A stretch of DNA of 64,000 nt from Patescibacteria group bacterium. GTDB taxonomy: Bacteria > Patescibacteriota > Patescibacteriia > UBA9934 > GWF2-40-263. This document shows positions 9,958-19,076 of the stretch, piece by piece (within the stretch, counting starts at the first letter, position 1; every line of letters starts with the position of its first letter). The DNA lies in the NCBI GenBank assembly GCA_004297215.1, contig SCUM01000001.1, positions 289,181-353,180 of the forward strand, given 5' to 3'. Position numbers and translations under genes: made by a program. The notes under the pieces are model-generated. The model was not told the DNA's origin. It saw only the letters and a list, made by a program, of their open reading frames with translations, and searched no databases.

Positions 9958-11027
9958 CATTTCGCCATGAGACGCATCAGCCGGTGCGCGATCTTTTCCG
10001 CGACGTCGGTGGGGAGCGCGCGGGCCAGGCGGTCGCCGAGCGCGCGGCGCGCGGGCTCGTCGGCGAGCAGGCCGAGGATCGCCCGTTCGAGGTCGCCGAG
10101 GGTGGCGAGCGGCTGCTGGATCACCTTCGCGGCGCCCGTATCCTCGAGCACGGCGGCGTTGGCCATCTGCAGCGAGCCGTGGATGGGCACCAGCACCGCC
10201 GCCTTGCGCATCGCGGAGAGTTCGCTGATCGTCCCCATCCCGGCGCGGGCGAGCACCACGTCGGCGGCCGCGAGCGCGTCGGCCATGCCTTCGACGAGCA
10301 GCTCGACCGCATGGTAGTGCGCGCCGAACCGCTGGTAGGCGGGCTTCATCTTGCCCGGGCCCGTGATATGGATCACGTTGGCGATCCCCACCAGCTTGGG
10401 CGCCATGTCCATGCACATCTGGTTCAACCACTTGGCGCCTCCTCCCCCGCCGGTCACGAGCAAGGTGGGCAGACGCAGGTCGAGGCCGAAGCGGACGGCC
10501 GCACGGTCCTTGGCGCCGGCACGCACGCAGGCGCGCACGGGGTTGCCCATCAGCTCGGTCTTGCGGCGCGGGAAGGATCCCGCGGTCTGCGGCCAGGCCA
10601 CGGTGACGAGCCGCGCCACGGGGGCGATGAGCCGGTTCGAGAGCAGCGGCCGCACGTCGCTCTGGTGCGTCCACACTGGGATCCCGCGGATGAATGCGGC
10701 ATAGGCCATGGGCACGCCCGTGTATCCGCCGGCGCAGGCCACCAGCGACGGCTTCTCCCGACCGAGCACGAGCCAGGCCGTGACGAACGCTTGGAACGCG
10801 CGGAACGGGAGGGTAAGCCATTCGAGGGATGGATACCGGGTGAAACGCGCCACCGGCAGATGAAGGAATTTCATCCCTTGTTCACGGACGATCGCCCCTT
10901 CCGGGCCTCGTGACGTGCCGACCCACACGAACGAGACGGACGGATCCGTCCGCTTCCATGCCTCGGCCACCGCGATGAGCGGAGTGACCGGACCGAGCGT
11001 GCCGCCGCCGGCGAAAAGGATTTTCAT
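9957..11027 (-). CDS. murG: Undecaprenyl-PP-MurNAc-pentapeptide GlcNAc transferase
   Basis: AGGGTLGPV, GGY, GNPVR, GGGGGA, RAGMGTISE and QMANA motifs; downstream of ftsW. Confidence 0.93.
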   Translation of the reverse strand: MKILFAGGGTLGPVTPLIAVAEAWKRTDPSVSFVWVGTSRGPEGAIVREQGMKFLHLPVARFTRYPSLEWLTLPFRAFQAFVTAWLVLGREKPSLVACAGGYTGVPMAYAAFIRGIPVWTHQSDVRPLLSNRLIAPVARLVTVAWPQTAGSFPRRKTELMGNPVRACVRAGAKDRAAVRFGLDLRLPTLLVTGGGGGAKWLNQMCMDMAPKLVGIANVIHITGPGKMKPAYQRFGAHYHAVELLVEGMADALAAADVVLARAGMGTISELSAMRKAAVLVPIHGSLQMANAAVLEDTGAAKVIQQPLATLGDLERAILGLLADEPARRALGDRLARALPTDVAEKIAHRLMRLMAK

Positions 11028-11034
11028 AAGCAAT

Positions 11035-11117
11035 ATGTAGGATGAAGACTGTAGGAAGTAGGATCGTAAACTCTCGTCTCCGCTTATCCTTCAGTCTACA
11101 TCCTACATCCTTCATCC
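11035..11117. repeat. Degenerate heptamer tandem/inverted repeat (TGTAGGA / TCCTACA)
   Basis: Spacer made of 7-mer units that switch orientation; same unit at 19008-19074. Confidence 0.65.
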
Positions 11118-12230
11118 ATTTCCCTTCCTGTACCTCGATATGTTTAACACGACTCCCACCGCGGACAAACTGACGGCCAATGACGTCCCCCCGTAGCTCA
11201 CGAACGGCAACGGGATGCCGGTCATGGGCATGAGCGCGGCCATGGAGCCGATGTTCACCAGGGCCTGGATCGTGAGCCAGGCGCCCACCCCCGAGGCCAC
11301 CAGCTTCCCGAAGCGGTCCGGCGCCTCGTTGGCGATGCGCAAGGTGCGCCACAGCAACGCGATGAATGCCGCGATGAGCAGCGCGCACGCCACGAACCCC
11401 AGCTCCTCGCCGATCACGGCGAAGATGGAATCCCCGGCCACCTCGGGCAGGTATTGGAACTTCTGGCGGCTGTGGCCGTATCCCACGCCGAGGAACCCGC
11501 CGGAGCCGATGGCGAGCAGCGCCTGGTTGATGTGGTACCCGACCCCTTGGGGATCCAGCTCCGGATTGAGGAAGGTCATGAACCGCGCGGCGCGATACGG
11601 GGCGAAGCCGATGAGGGCCGCGAGGCCCAGCACCCCCGTGCTGATGAGCGCGAGCACGTAGGCGATGGGCGCGCCGGCGAGGAAGTACACCACGAGCGAC
11701 ATGGCGACGATGATCACCATGGTGCCGACGTCCGGCTGCAGGATGAGCAGCCCGATCACCGCCCCGAGCACGGCCACGAACGGGAGGAAATCCGCGGACA
11801 TGTCCCTCCCCCCCCGTTCCCCGCGCTTCTCGAGCCAGCCGGCCAGATAGAAAAGGAAGGTCAGCTTCACGAACTCGGACGGCTGCACCGTGAACCAGCC
11901 GCCCACGTTGATCCAGCTGTGCGCGGTGCCGATCCCGGCCGAAAGCCCCGGCAGGAACACGAGCATGAGCAGGGCGATCGAGACGAGCAGCAGGTTCCAG
12001 GCGTTCTTCTTCCACACCGCATACGGGGTCCGCGAAAAGAACAGGAGCCCGGCGATCCCGGGGATGAGCCCGAACACCACCTGGTGCTTGAGGAAATAAT
12101 AGCTGTCGCCGAACCGGTCATACCCGTCGGGCGCCGAGGCGCTCGCAAGCATGAGCAGGCCGAACGTGACCAGCCCGCCGACAAGGGCGAGGTAGGCGTA
12201 GTCCATCGGTTTGGCGTCGCCGGCGCGCAT
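11112..12230 (-). CDS. ftsW: SEDS peptidoglycan polymerase FtsW
   Basis: QPSEFVK, QPDVG, SRQKFQYLPE, DSIFAVIGEELG and TGIPLPFVSYGG; between mraY and murG. Confidence 0.93.
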   Translation of the reverse strand: MRAGDAKPMDYAYLALVGGLVTFGLLMLASASAPDGYDRFGDSYYFLKHQVVFGLIPGIAGLLFFSRTPYAVWKKNAWNLLLVSIALLMLVFLPGLSAGIGTAHSWINVGGWFTVQPSEFVKLTFLFYLAGWLEKRGERGGRDMSADFLPFVAVLGAVIGLLILQPDVGTMVIIVAMSLVVYFLAGAPIAYVLALISTGVLGLAALIGFAPYRAARFMTFLNPELDPQGVGYHINQALLAIGSGGFLGVGYGHSRQKFQYLPEVAGDSIFAVIGEELGFVACALLIAAFIALLWRTLRIANEAPDRFGKLVASGVGAWLTIQALVNIGSMAALMPMTGIPLPFVSYGGTSLAVSLSAVGVVLNISRYRKGNG

Positions 12231-12233
12231 GCG

Positions 12234-13280
12234 TCAGCGCAGGGCGTCCAGGAGCGCGAGCGACACCCCGAGCGCGGAGGACACCATGGACACCACCCAC
12301 AGGCGCATCACGATCTGCGGTTCGCTCCAGCCGATCGCCTCCAGATGGTGGTGGAACGGCGCGCTCTTCAGCAGCTTGCGCTTGAACAGCATGCGCCAGG
12401 CGAGCTGGAGCAGCACCGAGGCGGATTCGAGCACGAACACGATCCCGATCACCGGAAGCAGCAAGGCGGAGTTGGTGAGCATCGCCACGACCCCGAGGGT
12501 GACGCCGAGCCCCATCGCCCCGGTATCCCCCATGAACATGCGCGCCGGGGTGATGTTGAACCAGAGGAACGCGAGCAGCGCGCCGATGATCGCCCCGCAG
12601 AACGCGGCCAGGTCGTATTTCCCCTGCGCGAACGCGATCACCGCGAACGCGCCGAACGACATGAGCAGCGACCCGCCCGCGAGGCCGTCCAGACCGTCCG
12701 TCTCATTCACCGAGAACGCGGTCGAGACGATCACGAGGATGAAGAACGGCACGTACCACAGCCCCAAGTTGAAATCGCCGACGAACGGCACATGGAGCAG
12801 GTCCCAATCCAGCTTCGTGTAAAACCACCAGGCGCCGACCGCCGCGATGAGGGTATAGACGAGAAGGCGATGGCGCGCGCGCAATCCCCCGCCGTGCGCC
12901 CCGAGGCGTTTGACGTTGAGCCAGTCGTCGGCCAGTCCCACCAAGGCGGAAGCCACGAGCACGCCCAAGGGAAGAAGCGTTTCTGACCGCGAAATGAACG
13001 CCAAGCCGTCCTGAAACGGAAGCTGCGTATCGAAGAGGTTGAGAAGGCCGGCAAGAACCAGCACGGTCCCCCACACGAGCACGCCGCCCATGGTAGGCGT
13101 ACCGGCTTTCTTCGCGTGGAGCTTGGCATACACCGGCGCCTCGTCGCTCGAACGGATCGTCTTCGCCATGCCCGAACGCGTGAGCAGGCGGATGAGGGCG
13201 GGAGCCCACGCGAACGCGGCCGCGAACGAAAGCGCGGCAAGCAGGAGCACCCGGGTGATGGCGAAGGATTCAAGAGGCAT
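12234..13280 (-). CDS. mraY: Phospho-MurNAc-pentapeptide transferase
   Basis: KKAGTPTMGG, DD, NETDGLDGL, FMGDTG and APFHHH motifs. Confidence 0.95.
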   Translation of the reverse strand: MPLESFAITRVLLLAALSFAAAFAWAPALIRLLTRSGMAKTIRSSDEAPVYAKLHAKKAGTPTMGGVLVWGTVLVLAGLLNLFDTQLPFQDGLAFISRSETLLPLGVLVASALVGLADDWLNVKRLGAHGGGLRARHRLLVYTLIAAVGAWWFYTKLDWDLLHVPFVGDFNLGLWYVPFFILVIVSTAFSVNETDGLDGLAGGSLLMSFGAFAVIAFAQGKYDLAAFCGAIIGALLAFLWFNITPARMFMGDTGAMGLGVTLGVVAMLTNSALLLPVIGIVFVLESASVLLQLAWRMLFKRKLLKSAPFHHHLEAIGWSEPQIVMRLWVVSMVSSALGVSLALLDALR

Positions 13281-13282
13281 GC

Positions 13283-13693
13283 CTACAGGTTCAACAGCAC
13301 CGTGAGCACCATGGCCACGCACAGCATCCCTTCGGCGAAGACGGTCGCGACGGCGAAAAAGGTGGAAAGCATCCGTTCGCGGCGGTAGAAGACGGCTTGG
13401 AACACCGTGTTCACCACGAGGAGCGTGGCTCCGAGCACGCCGGGGATGAACGCGTAATACCACGGCCCGAACCGGTCGATCCCGATGTAGACGTTGTAAT
13501 GCAGCGGGATGAACGGTTCGCTCACGCGCATCGGGACGATCTTCCAGGCCGGCAGCGCGAGGGTCGCCGCCACGAGGAGCACGGAGGCGATCATCGTGCG
13601 ACGGTATACGGATGACGAACGCACGAGGTCGGCGAACGACCCGGCGATGCGCGTGAGGAAGAGCCTGAGGCGAGGCATGCGGTTATCCGTCAA
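13283..13693 (-). CDS. Hypothetical membrane protein
   Basis: Three hydrophobic helices, IPLHYNVYIGID motif, operonic with mraY. Confidence 0.7.
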   Translation of the reverse strand: MTDNRMPRLRLFLTRIAGSFADLVRSSSVYRRTMIASVLLVAATLALPAWKIVPMRVSEPFIPLHYNVYIGIDRFGPWYYAFIPGVLGATLLVVNTVFQAVFYRRERMLSTFFAVATVFAEGMLCVAMVLTVLLNL

Positions 13694-13913
13694 TGGCGAT
13701 CACCTCGCGCACCTCCGGGACGGCGTCCATGAGCGCGGCCTCCACCCCCATCTTGAGGGTGATGGCGGACATGGGGCAGCCCACGCATGCCCCCTGCAAA
13801 CGCACCTTCACGATGCCCGTCGCGAGGTCGCAATCCACGAACGAAATGTCGCCCCCGTGCATGGCAAGGGAGGGACGGATGTCCGCGAGGACGGCTTCGA
13901 CGCGTTCGCGCAT
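13683..13913 (-). CDS. NifU/NfuA-like Fe-S scaffold domain protein
   Basis: IRPSLAMHGGD...LQGACVGCPMS..TLK. Confidence 0.9.
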   Translation of the reverse strand: MRERVEAVLADIRPSLAMHGGDISFVDCDLATGIVKVRLQGACVGCPMSAITLKMGVEAALMDAVPEVREVIAIDG

Positions 13914-13942
13914 AGGTGTTGAAAGCGTATCAAAATATCGTC

Positions 13943-14028
13943 GTCTTTGCGAGGAGGCACTGCTTTCAAGGCCGACGAAGCAACCTCCCGGGAGGTTGCT
14001 TCGTCGGCGGAGGCCTCCTCGCAAAGAC
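13943..14028. repeat. Long nested palindrome (REP-like)
   Basis: GTCTTTGCGAGGAGGC...GCCTCCTCGCAAAGAC enclosing GCCGACGAAGCAACCTC-CCGG-GAGGTTGCTTCGTCGGC. Confidence 0.8.
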
Positions 14029-14057
14029 AAAAGCGGGGGGACTCCCCGCCTTTTATA

Positions 14058-14342
14058 TCACTTCGTTTCGGGCAACACGTGGCAGAACGTGCAGACCTTG
14101 AGCTTCCCGGTGAAGTTCGGCATCTGCTTCTTGGTGAACTTCACCTTGCCGGCGGCCTTTGCGTAGAGCGTGTCGTCGCCGCCCTTGGTGACGTTCTTCC
14201 CCGCGCGGATGGGGGTGCCGCGCTGGCGCACGAGGATCTGCCCCGCGCCGGCCTTCTCCCCGTCGCCGATCTTCACGCCAAGGCGCTGGCCATGGGAATC
14301 ACGGCCAAGGGTGGTGGAACCGGCGGCTTTCTTATGGGCCAT
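14058..14342 (-). CDS. rpmA: 50S ribosomal protein L27
   Basis: [29 protein letters not shown]. Confidence 0.97.
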   Translation of the reverse strand: MAHKKAAGSTTLGRDSHGQRLGVKIGDGEKAGAGQILVRQRGTPIRAGKNVTKGGDDTLYAKAAGKVKFTKKQMPNFTGKLKVCTFCHVLPETK

Positions 14343-14392
14343 ATCGGGGATGAGTCAAGTTGGCGGAAGTATAAGAAAAGACGGGGAAAGCG

Positions 14393-15604
14393 TCAAGCCC
14401 GCTTCACTTCGAAGACGAAACTCTTCAGATAGGCGGATTCCGGGAAATAGACGGACATCGGGTGGTCGGCGCTTTGGCGGACGGAGGCGAGGGTGTGCAG
14501 GTGCACGCCGGCTTGGACAGATGCGCGTCGGAGCGTGAACGCAAGGTCGGCTTCGGGGAAGAAGTGGGAGCAGCTGGACGTGACGAAGGTGCCGCCGTCC
14601 TTCACCAGCTTCATCGCGGCGCGATTGATGAAGTGATACGCCTTGGCTCCGGCTTCGACGTCCTTCTGCCCCTTGATGATGGCCGGCGGGTCGACGATGA
14701 CCATGTCGTATTCGCCCTGGGCGCCCGCAAGCCATTGGAAGATGTCGGTCTGTTCGGTCGTGAACGTTTCGGGTCGTATGCCGTTGAGCTTCGCGTTCTG
14801 CGCGCACAGTTCGAGCGCGCGCGGCGACTCGTCCACGTTATGCACGCGCGCGGCTCCTCCGGCCATGGCGTAGACGCCGGTCGCCCCGGTGTAGGAGAAA
14901 AGGTTGAGCACCGACGCGCCCTTGGCGAAATGACGGACGCGCTCGCGCAGGTCCTTCTGGTCGCAGAAGAACCCGGTCTTCTGCCCGTCGATCGCGTCGG
15001 CCACGAACGTCAGGCCGTTCTCGGTGAACGGGACGGGGGCGGCGACCTTACCAACGCGCACGCCTGCGGAAAGCGCGAGCATCTCATCCTTTCGCCCGCT
15101 CATGTCGCTGCGCTCGACCACGTTCTCGACGCCGAGCGCCGAGACGATGGCCGCCACGATGTCCTCGCGTAGGCCGTCGAGCGCGGCGGTCGCGATCTGG
15201 AACACGGCCGTGTCGCCGTACCGGTCCACCACGAGGCCCGGCAGCCCGTCGGATTCGCCGAAGCAAACGCGGAATCCGGTCGTAGCCGTCCCGGGGCCAT
15301 ATCCCATCCGTACGCGACGTTCATGGGCTTTCCGCAGCCGCGTCTCGATGAACGCCCGGTCGATGGTCGCCTCGCCCGGCGCGAACACGCGCACGGCGAT
15401 GGAGCCCTGGCGCGAGAACGAACCAGTGGCGATCACCTCGCCCTTCCGGTCGGCCACGTGCACGAACGCGCCGTGCGGCACCGACTCAAATGCCCCCTGC
15501 CCTGAGCCTGTCGAAGGGTCGAACGCGCCCGAAAACACCCAAGGGTGCCCGTAGGCGACCGATGCCTCCTTTCCTGCCTTGAGCTTGAGCGTGGGGTAAG
15601 ACAT
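14393..15604 (-). CDS. rlmI: RlmI-like rRNA m5C methyltransferase
   Basis: HPWVFSG, GESDGLPGLVVDRY, GQKTGFFCDQ, VLNLFSYTG, DPP and TSSCS motifs. Confidence 0.88.
   Translation of the reverse strand: MSYPTLKLKAGKEASVAYGHPWVFSGAFDPSTGSGQGAFESVPHGAFVHVADRKGEVIATGSFSRQGSIAVRVFAPGEATIDRAFIETRLRKAHERRVRMGYGPGTATTGFRVCFGESDGLPGLVVDRYGDTAVFQIATAALDGLREDIVAAIVSALGVENVVERSDMSGRKDEMLALSAGVRVGKVAAPVPFTENGLTFVADAIDGQKTGFFCDQKDLRERVRHFAKGASVLNLFSYTGATGVYAMAGGAARVHNVDESPRALELCAQNAKLNGIRPETFTTEQTDIFQWLAGAQGEYDMVIVDPPAIIKGQKDVEAGAKAYHFINRAAMKLVKDGGTFVTSSCSHFFPEADLAFTLRRASVQAGVHLHTLASVRQSADHPMSVYFPESAYLKSFVFEVKRA
15498..15518. repeat. CCCTTCGACARGCTCAGGGCA repeat copy inside the rlmI coding sequence
   Basis: 20/21 identical (reverse complement) to the copy starting at 50274; encodes part of DPSTGSGQ. 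Confidence 0.75.
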
Positions 15605-15683
15605 ATGCGTGTAGCGAAGGGATTACGAGAGGTAAGGGATGAGCGTAACAGAAAATGGGCTTCCGAACCAGGGGCACGGCACT

Positions 15684-15738
15684 CCTATGATTCATAGGTG
15701 ATTCATGGGTTGACCGACGGCCTTTTCCGTCATATATA
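15684..15738 (+). promoter_or_regulatory. Candidate promoter with an upstream palindrome/direct repeat
   Basis: CCTATGA-T-TCATAGG palindrome, TGATTCATRGG x2, then TTGACC-17-TATATA. Confidence 0.5.
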
Positions 15739-15772
15739 TGCACGGGCACATTCACAATCGAACGAGGTTGGC

Positions 15773-17350
15773 ATGCCTGAAAGGAAACGGCGACGGGATC
15801 GGATGCGGATCCCAAAAAAACACCTCCTACTCAAGGCGGAAGTGCGGGAGGACTATCACGGCTTTACCGAGTATGTCACGGCCATCCGCCCGTTCGTCCG
15901 CCGGCTCGCGGAACAAGAGCTCGAGGCGGCCATCGAACGTCATCGTCGCCAAGATCCGTCTGGCCGTCCCGCCATCGTGTACGACCAGCTCCCCCACGTG
16001 ATCTGGGTGGCCATGCGCAGAAACGCGCATGAGATGCACCTGATCGATAAGATCCAAGAAGGGATCATCGGCGTCCTGACCGGACTCGAAGGCTATGATC
16101 CGGAGCAGCGGACGAGATTCGGAAACTTCATCCGTGTATGCATCCGGTATGCCATCGACCAGGCAGCCATCACGATGGACGAACGACGCCCGTATCGGAT
16201 TCCTTACTCCGCATACAAGAAAATCTGGCCGGTGCGACGCGCGATCTACGCGCTGACCAAAGATGGAGGCTCCTACCCCACGAATGAGGAAATCTGGCTC
16301 TATCTGTCCAAGGACGAACAACAGCGCCCACACCAAAAAGGAGCCGGGGATCGGGAACTGACCCTGGCGGAGGTGACGCTCGCCCATCGGCTGATTTACG
16401 GGAAAAACATCAGCTGGCATGCGCCCGCCCTTCCTGTGGCAGGAAGCGGCACGACTATCGAGAACCTGATCCCTGCGGACGCAGACACGTCCAGGCTCGC
16501 CGAAAGCATGGATACGGCCGAAGAGTTGGCCGAATTCATGATAAGCGTACGCCAGGTGACGGCACGCATGCCGTGGAAACACCAAGGCGTTGCCAGGCTG
16601 CGGCTGGGCATCGAGACGCCCGAACCGCTGACGCTCGAGGAGATCGCCATGCGCTTCGGTGTCACGAAGCAGGCGAAAAGCCTCATCGTGAAAAACATCG
16701 ACGGACGTCTCGCAGAACGCGGTTGGAGCCTCGACCTCCTCCGAGGACTGGTCGAACGGCTTGAGTCCATAAAAGAATGCCTGGAGGGATGCCCGATCGG
16801 CCTCCCGGATGCGATCGAGTTGTTTCCAGCGCCGCTTGAACGCCCGCTCCTCGATCATCCCATCGTCTCTGACGGCAAGCGGATCGCGGACATCCTTGCT
16901 GAACACGGACGGGAAGACGCACGAGGACTCCTCGTCCCCGCGGCCTTCCGCATCATTGCCGTCCGTTTGCGGCTAACGCCGACGGAAGCAAAGGCGGCAA
17001 TCGCGTCGGCACAGACCGCGGGCATAGTGACGATCATGCCCGAGGGCGCGGTCCTTATGCCGAGCACAAAGAAACCCGTGCCGTTGCGGAGGGAATTGCG
17101 TCCCTTCGATGTGAAAGATTCCGTACGAGCCGATAGGCGCGGCTTGATTCAATGGGACGAGGCTACCTGGGGGACGATACGCGTGCTTGCGCAGCGGGCA
17201 GGAGTCTCTTATCACACGCTCAAGGCGCGGTTCGCCGACGCATTGAATATCAGACGGTTGGAAGCACGTGATGCTGGAGGCAAACCACAGACCTTCTTCA
17301 AGGAATCCGACGCCAAACGCCTCTTGCTGGAGCACTCGTCTCGCGGCTAA
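15773..17350 (+). CDS. Divergent sigma70-family (RpoD-like) protein with C-terminal extension
   Basis: GAGGT RBS; region 2 DKIQEGIIGV..YDP...RF, region 3 RIP..PTNEEI, region 4 LRLG..PLTLEEIA..FGVTK; about 200 aa follow region 4. Confidence 0.75.
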   Translation: MPERKRRRDRMRIPKKHLLLKAEVREDYHGFTEYVTAIRPFVRRLAEQELEAAIERHRRQDPSGRPAIVYDQLPHVIWVAMRRNAHEMHLIDKIQEGIIGVLTGLEGYDPEQRTRFGNFIRVCIRYAIDQAAITMDERRPYRIPYSAYKKIWPVRRAIYALTKDGGSYPTNEEIWLYLSKDEQQRPHQKGAGDRELTLAEVTLAHRLIYGKNISWHAPALPVAGSGTTIENLIPADADTSRLAESMDTAEELAEFMISVRQVTARMPWKHQGVARLRLGIETPEPLTLEEIAMRFGVTKQAKSLIVKNIDGRLAERGWSLDLLRGLVERLESIKECLEGCPIGLPDAIELFPAPLERPLLDHPIVSDGKRIADILAEHGREDARGLLVPAAFRIIAVRLRLTPTEAKAAIASAQTAGIVTIMPEGAVLMPSTKKPVPLRRELRPFDVKDSVRADRRGLIQWDEATWGTIRVLAQRAGVSYHTLKARFADALNIRRLEARDAGGKPQTFFKESDAKRLLLEHSSRG

Positions 17351-17390
17351 AGGAACGGATCCGACGATCGCGCACTAGCCCTCAAAAGGG

Positions 17391-19001
17391 CTAGTTTTTC
17401 TTTGCCGCGTCCACGAACGCCTGGAACAATGGGTGGGGCTTGAGCGGGGAGCTCTGGAACTCGGGGTGGAACTGGACGCCGACGAAAAACGGGTGGTCCT
17501 TGAGCTCGATGATTTCCACAAGGGCCCCGTCCGGGCTGGTGCCGGCCACCGTGAGCCCGCACGTGGCGAGCTTCTCGCGATACTCGTTGTTGAACTCGTA
17601 GCGGTGGCGGTGGCGTTCCGAGATCGTGTCCGTGCCGTACGCCGCGCGGCTCTTGGTGCCGGGCAGGAGCGCGCAGTCCCACGAGCCCAGGCGCATGGAG
17701 CCGCCGTACTCGCGCTTGAGCATCTTCTTGGCCTGGTCCGGCATCACGTGGATGACGGGCGATTTCGTGTCCGCGGCCACCTCGGTGGTGTGCGCGTCCG
17801 CGATTCCGCACACGTTGCGCGCGAACTCCACGGCGGCAAGCTGCATCCCGTAGCACAATCCGAGGTACGGCACCTTGTTTTCCCGGGCGAAGCGCACGGC
17901 CGCGATCATCCCTTCCACCCCGCGCGTGCCGAACCCGCCCGGCACCACGATGCCGTCGTAGCCCTTGAGCACCGCGTCGGCGCCCAGCTTCTCGATGTCC
18001 CCGGCGTCCACCCAGGTGAGGCGCGGCTGGCGGTGCGTGGCCCAGACCGCGTGCTTCACGGCCTCGATCACGGAAATGTACACGTCCGAAAGCACGAACC
18101 CGCCCGTGGCGAAATATTTCCCGACCATCGCGATATTCAGGGTTTCCGTGTCCGCGCCAATGCGGTCGTTCACCTCCTGCCAACGCGCGAGGTCGACCGG
18201 CTTGTCGGGCAATCCGAGCTGCCCGAGCACCAGGGAGCCGAACCGCTGGTCCTCCAGGATGAGCGGAATCTCGTAGATGCTGCCGACGTCCGGCGCGGCG
18301 ATCACCCGCTCCTTGGGCACGTTGCAGAATAGGGCGATGCGCTCCTTGCGCTTGTCGTCCATCGGGAGGGTGGAGCGGCCCACCACGAACTCGGGCTGGA
18401 TCCCCATCGCGTTCAGCATGCGCACGCTCTGCTGCACGGGCTTGGTCTTCATCTCGCCGAGGTTGCCCGGCACCGGCAGGTACGCCACGTGCACGTGGAT
18501 CACGTCCTCTGGCCTGTGCATCTTCATGATGCGAGCGGCCTCGAAGAAGATCCCGTTCTGGTACTCGCCCACGGTCCCGCCCAGCTCGATCACGCACACG
18601 TCCGAGCCGTTCGCGCCCAGCTCGAACCGGCGGATGATCTCGTCGGTGACGTGCGGGATCGCCTCCACGTCCTCCCCTTCGTACTCGAACGCGCGCTCGC
18701 GGCGCAGCACTTCGGCGTATACCTGGCCGGTGGTGAGATAGTTCACGCGCTTGAGCGGCCGGCCCAGGAACCGCTCGTAGTTGCCCAGGTCCTGGTCGCA
18801 CTCAAGCCCGTCAGAGGTGACGAACACCTCGCCGTGCTCGCTCGGGCGGATCGTCCCCGCGTCCTGGTTCAGGTACATGTCCACCTTCATGGCGGACACG
18901 CGGTAGCCGCGCGCCTCAAGGAGCGCCCCAAGGGAGGCGGTGGTGATCCCTTTTCCGAGCCCGGAAATCACCCCGCCTGATACGAATACGAATTTGGACA
19001 T
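17391..19001 (-). CDS. pyrG: CTP synthase
   Basis: GGVISGLGKG, KTKPVQ, GLCYGMQ, ERHRHRYE and QFHPE motifs. Confidence 0.97.
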   Translation of the reverse strand: MSKFVFVSGGVISGLGKGITTASLGALLEARGYRVSAMKVDMYLNQDAGTIRPSEHGEVFVTSDGLECDQDLGNYERFLGRPLKRVNYLTTGQVYAEVLRRERAFEYEGEDVEAIPHVTDEIIRRFELGANGSDVCVIELGGTVGEYQNGIFFEAARIMKMHRPEDVIHVHVAYLPVPGNLGEMKTKPVQQSVRMLNAMGIQPEFVVGRSTLPMDDKRKERIALFCNVPKERVIAAPDVGSIYEIPLILEDQRFGSLVLGQLGLPDKPVDLARWQEVNDRIGADTETLNIAMVGKYFATGGFVLSDVYISVIEAVKHAVWATHRQPRLTWVDAGDIEKLGADAVLKGYDGIVVPGGFGTRGVEGMIAAVRFARENKVPYLGLCYGMQLAAVEFARNVCGIADAHTTEVAADTKSPVIHVMPDQAKKMLKREYGGSMRLGSWDCALLPGTKSRAAYGTDTISERHRHRYEFNNEYREKLATCGLTVAGTSPDGALVEIIELKDHPFFVGVQFHPEFQSSPLKPHPLFQAFVDAAKKN

Positions 19002-19007
19002 AAGAAA

Positions 19008-19074
19008 ATGTAGGGTGAAGGATGTAGTATGAAGGATTTACCATCCTACATCCTACATTCTACATCCTACATAC
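19008..19074. repeat. Degenerate heptamer tandem/inverted repeat (TCCTACA)
   Basis: TCCTACA-TCCTACA-TTCTACA-TCCTACA preceded by reverse-orientation units. Confidence 0.7.
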
Positions 19075-19076
19075 AT

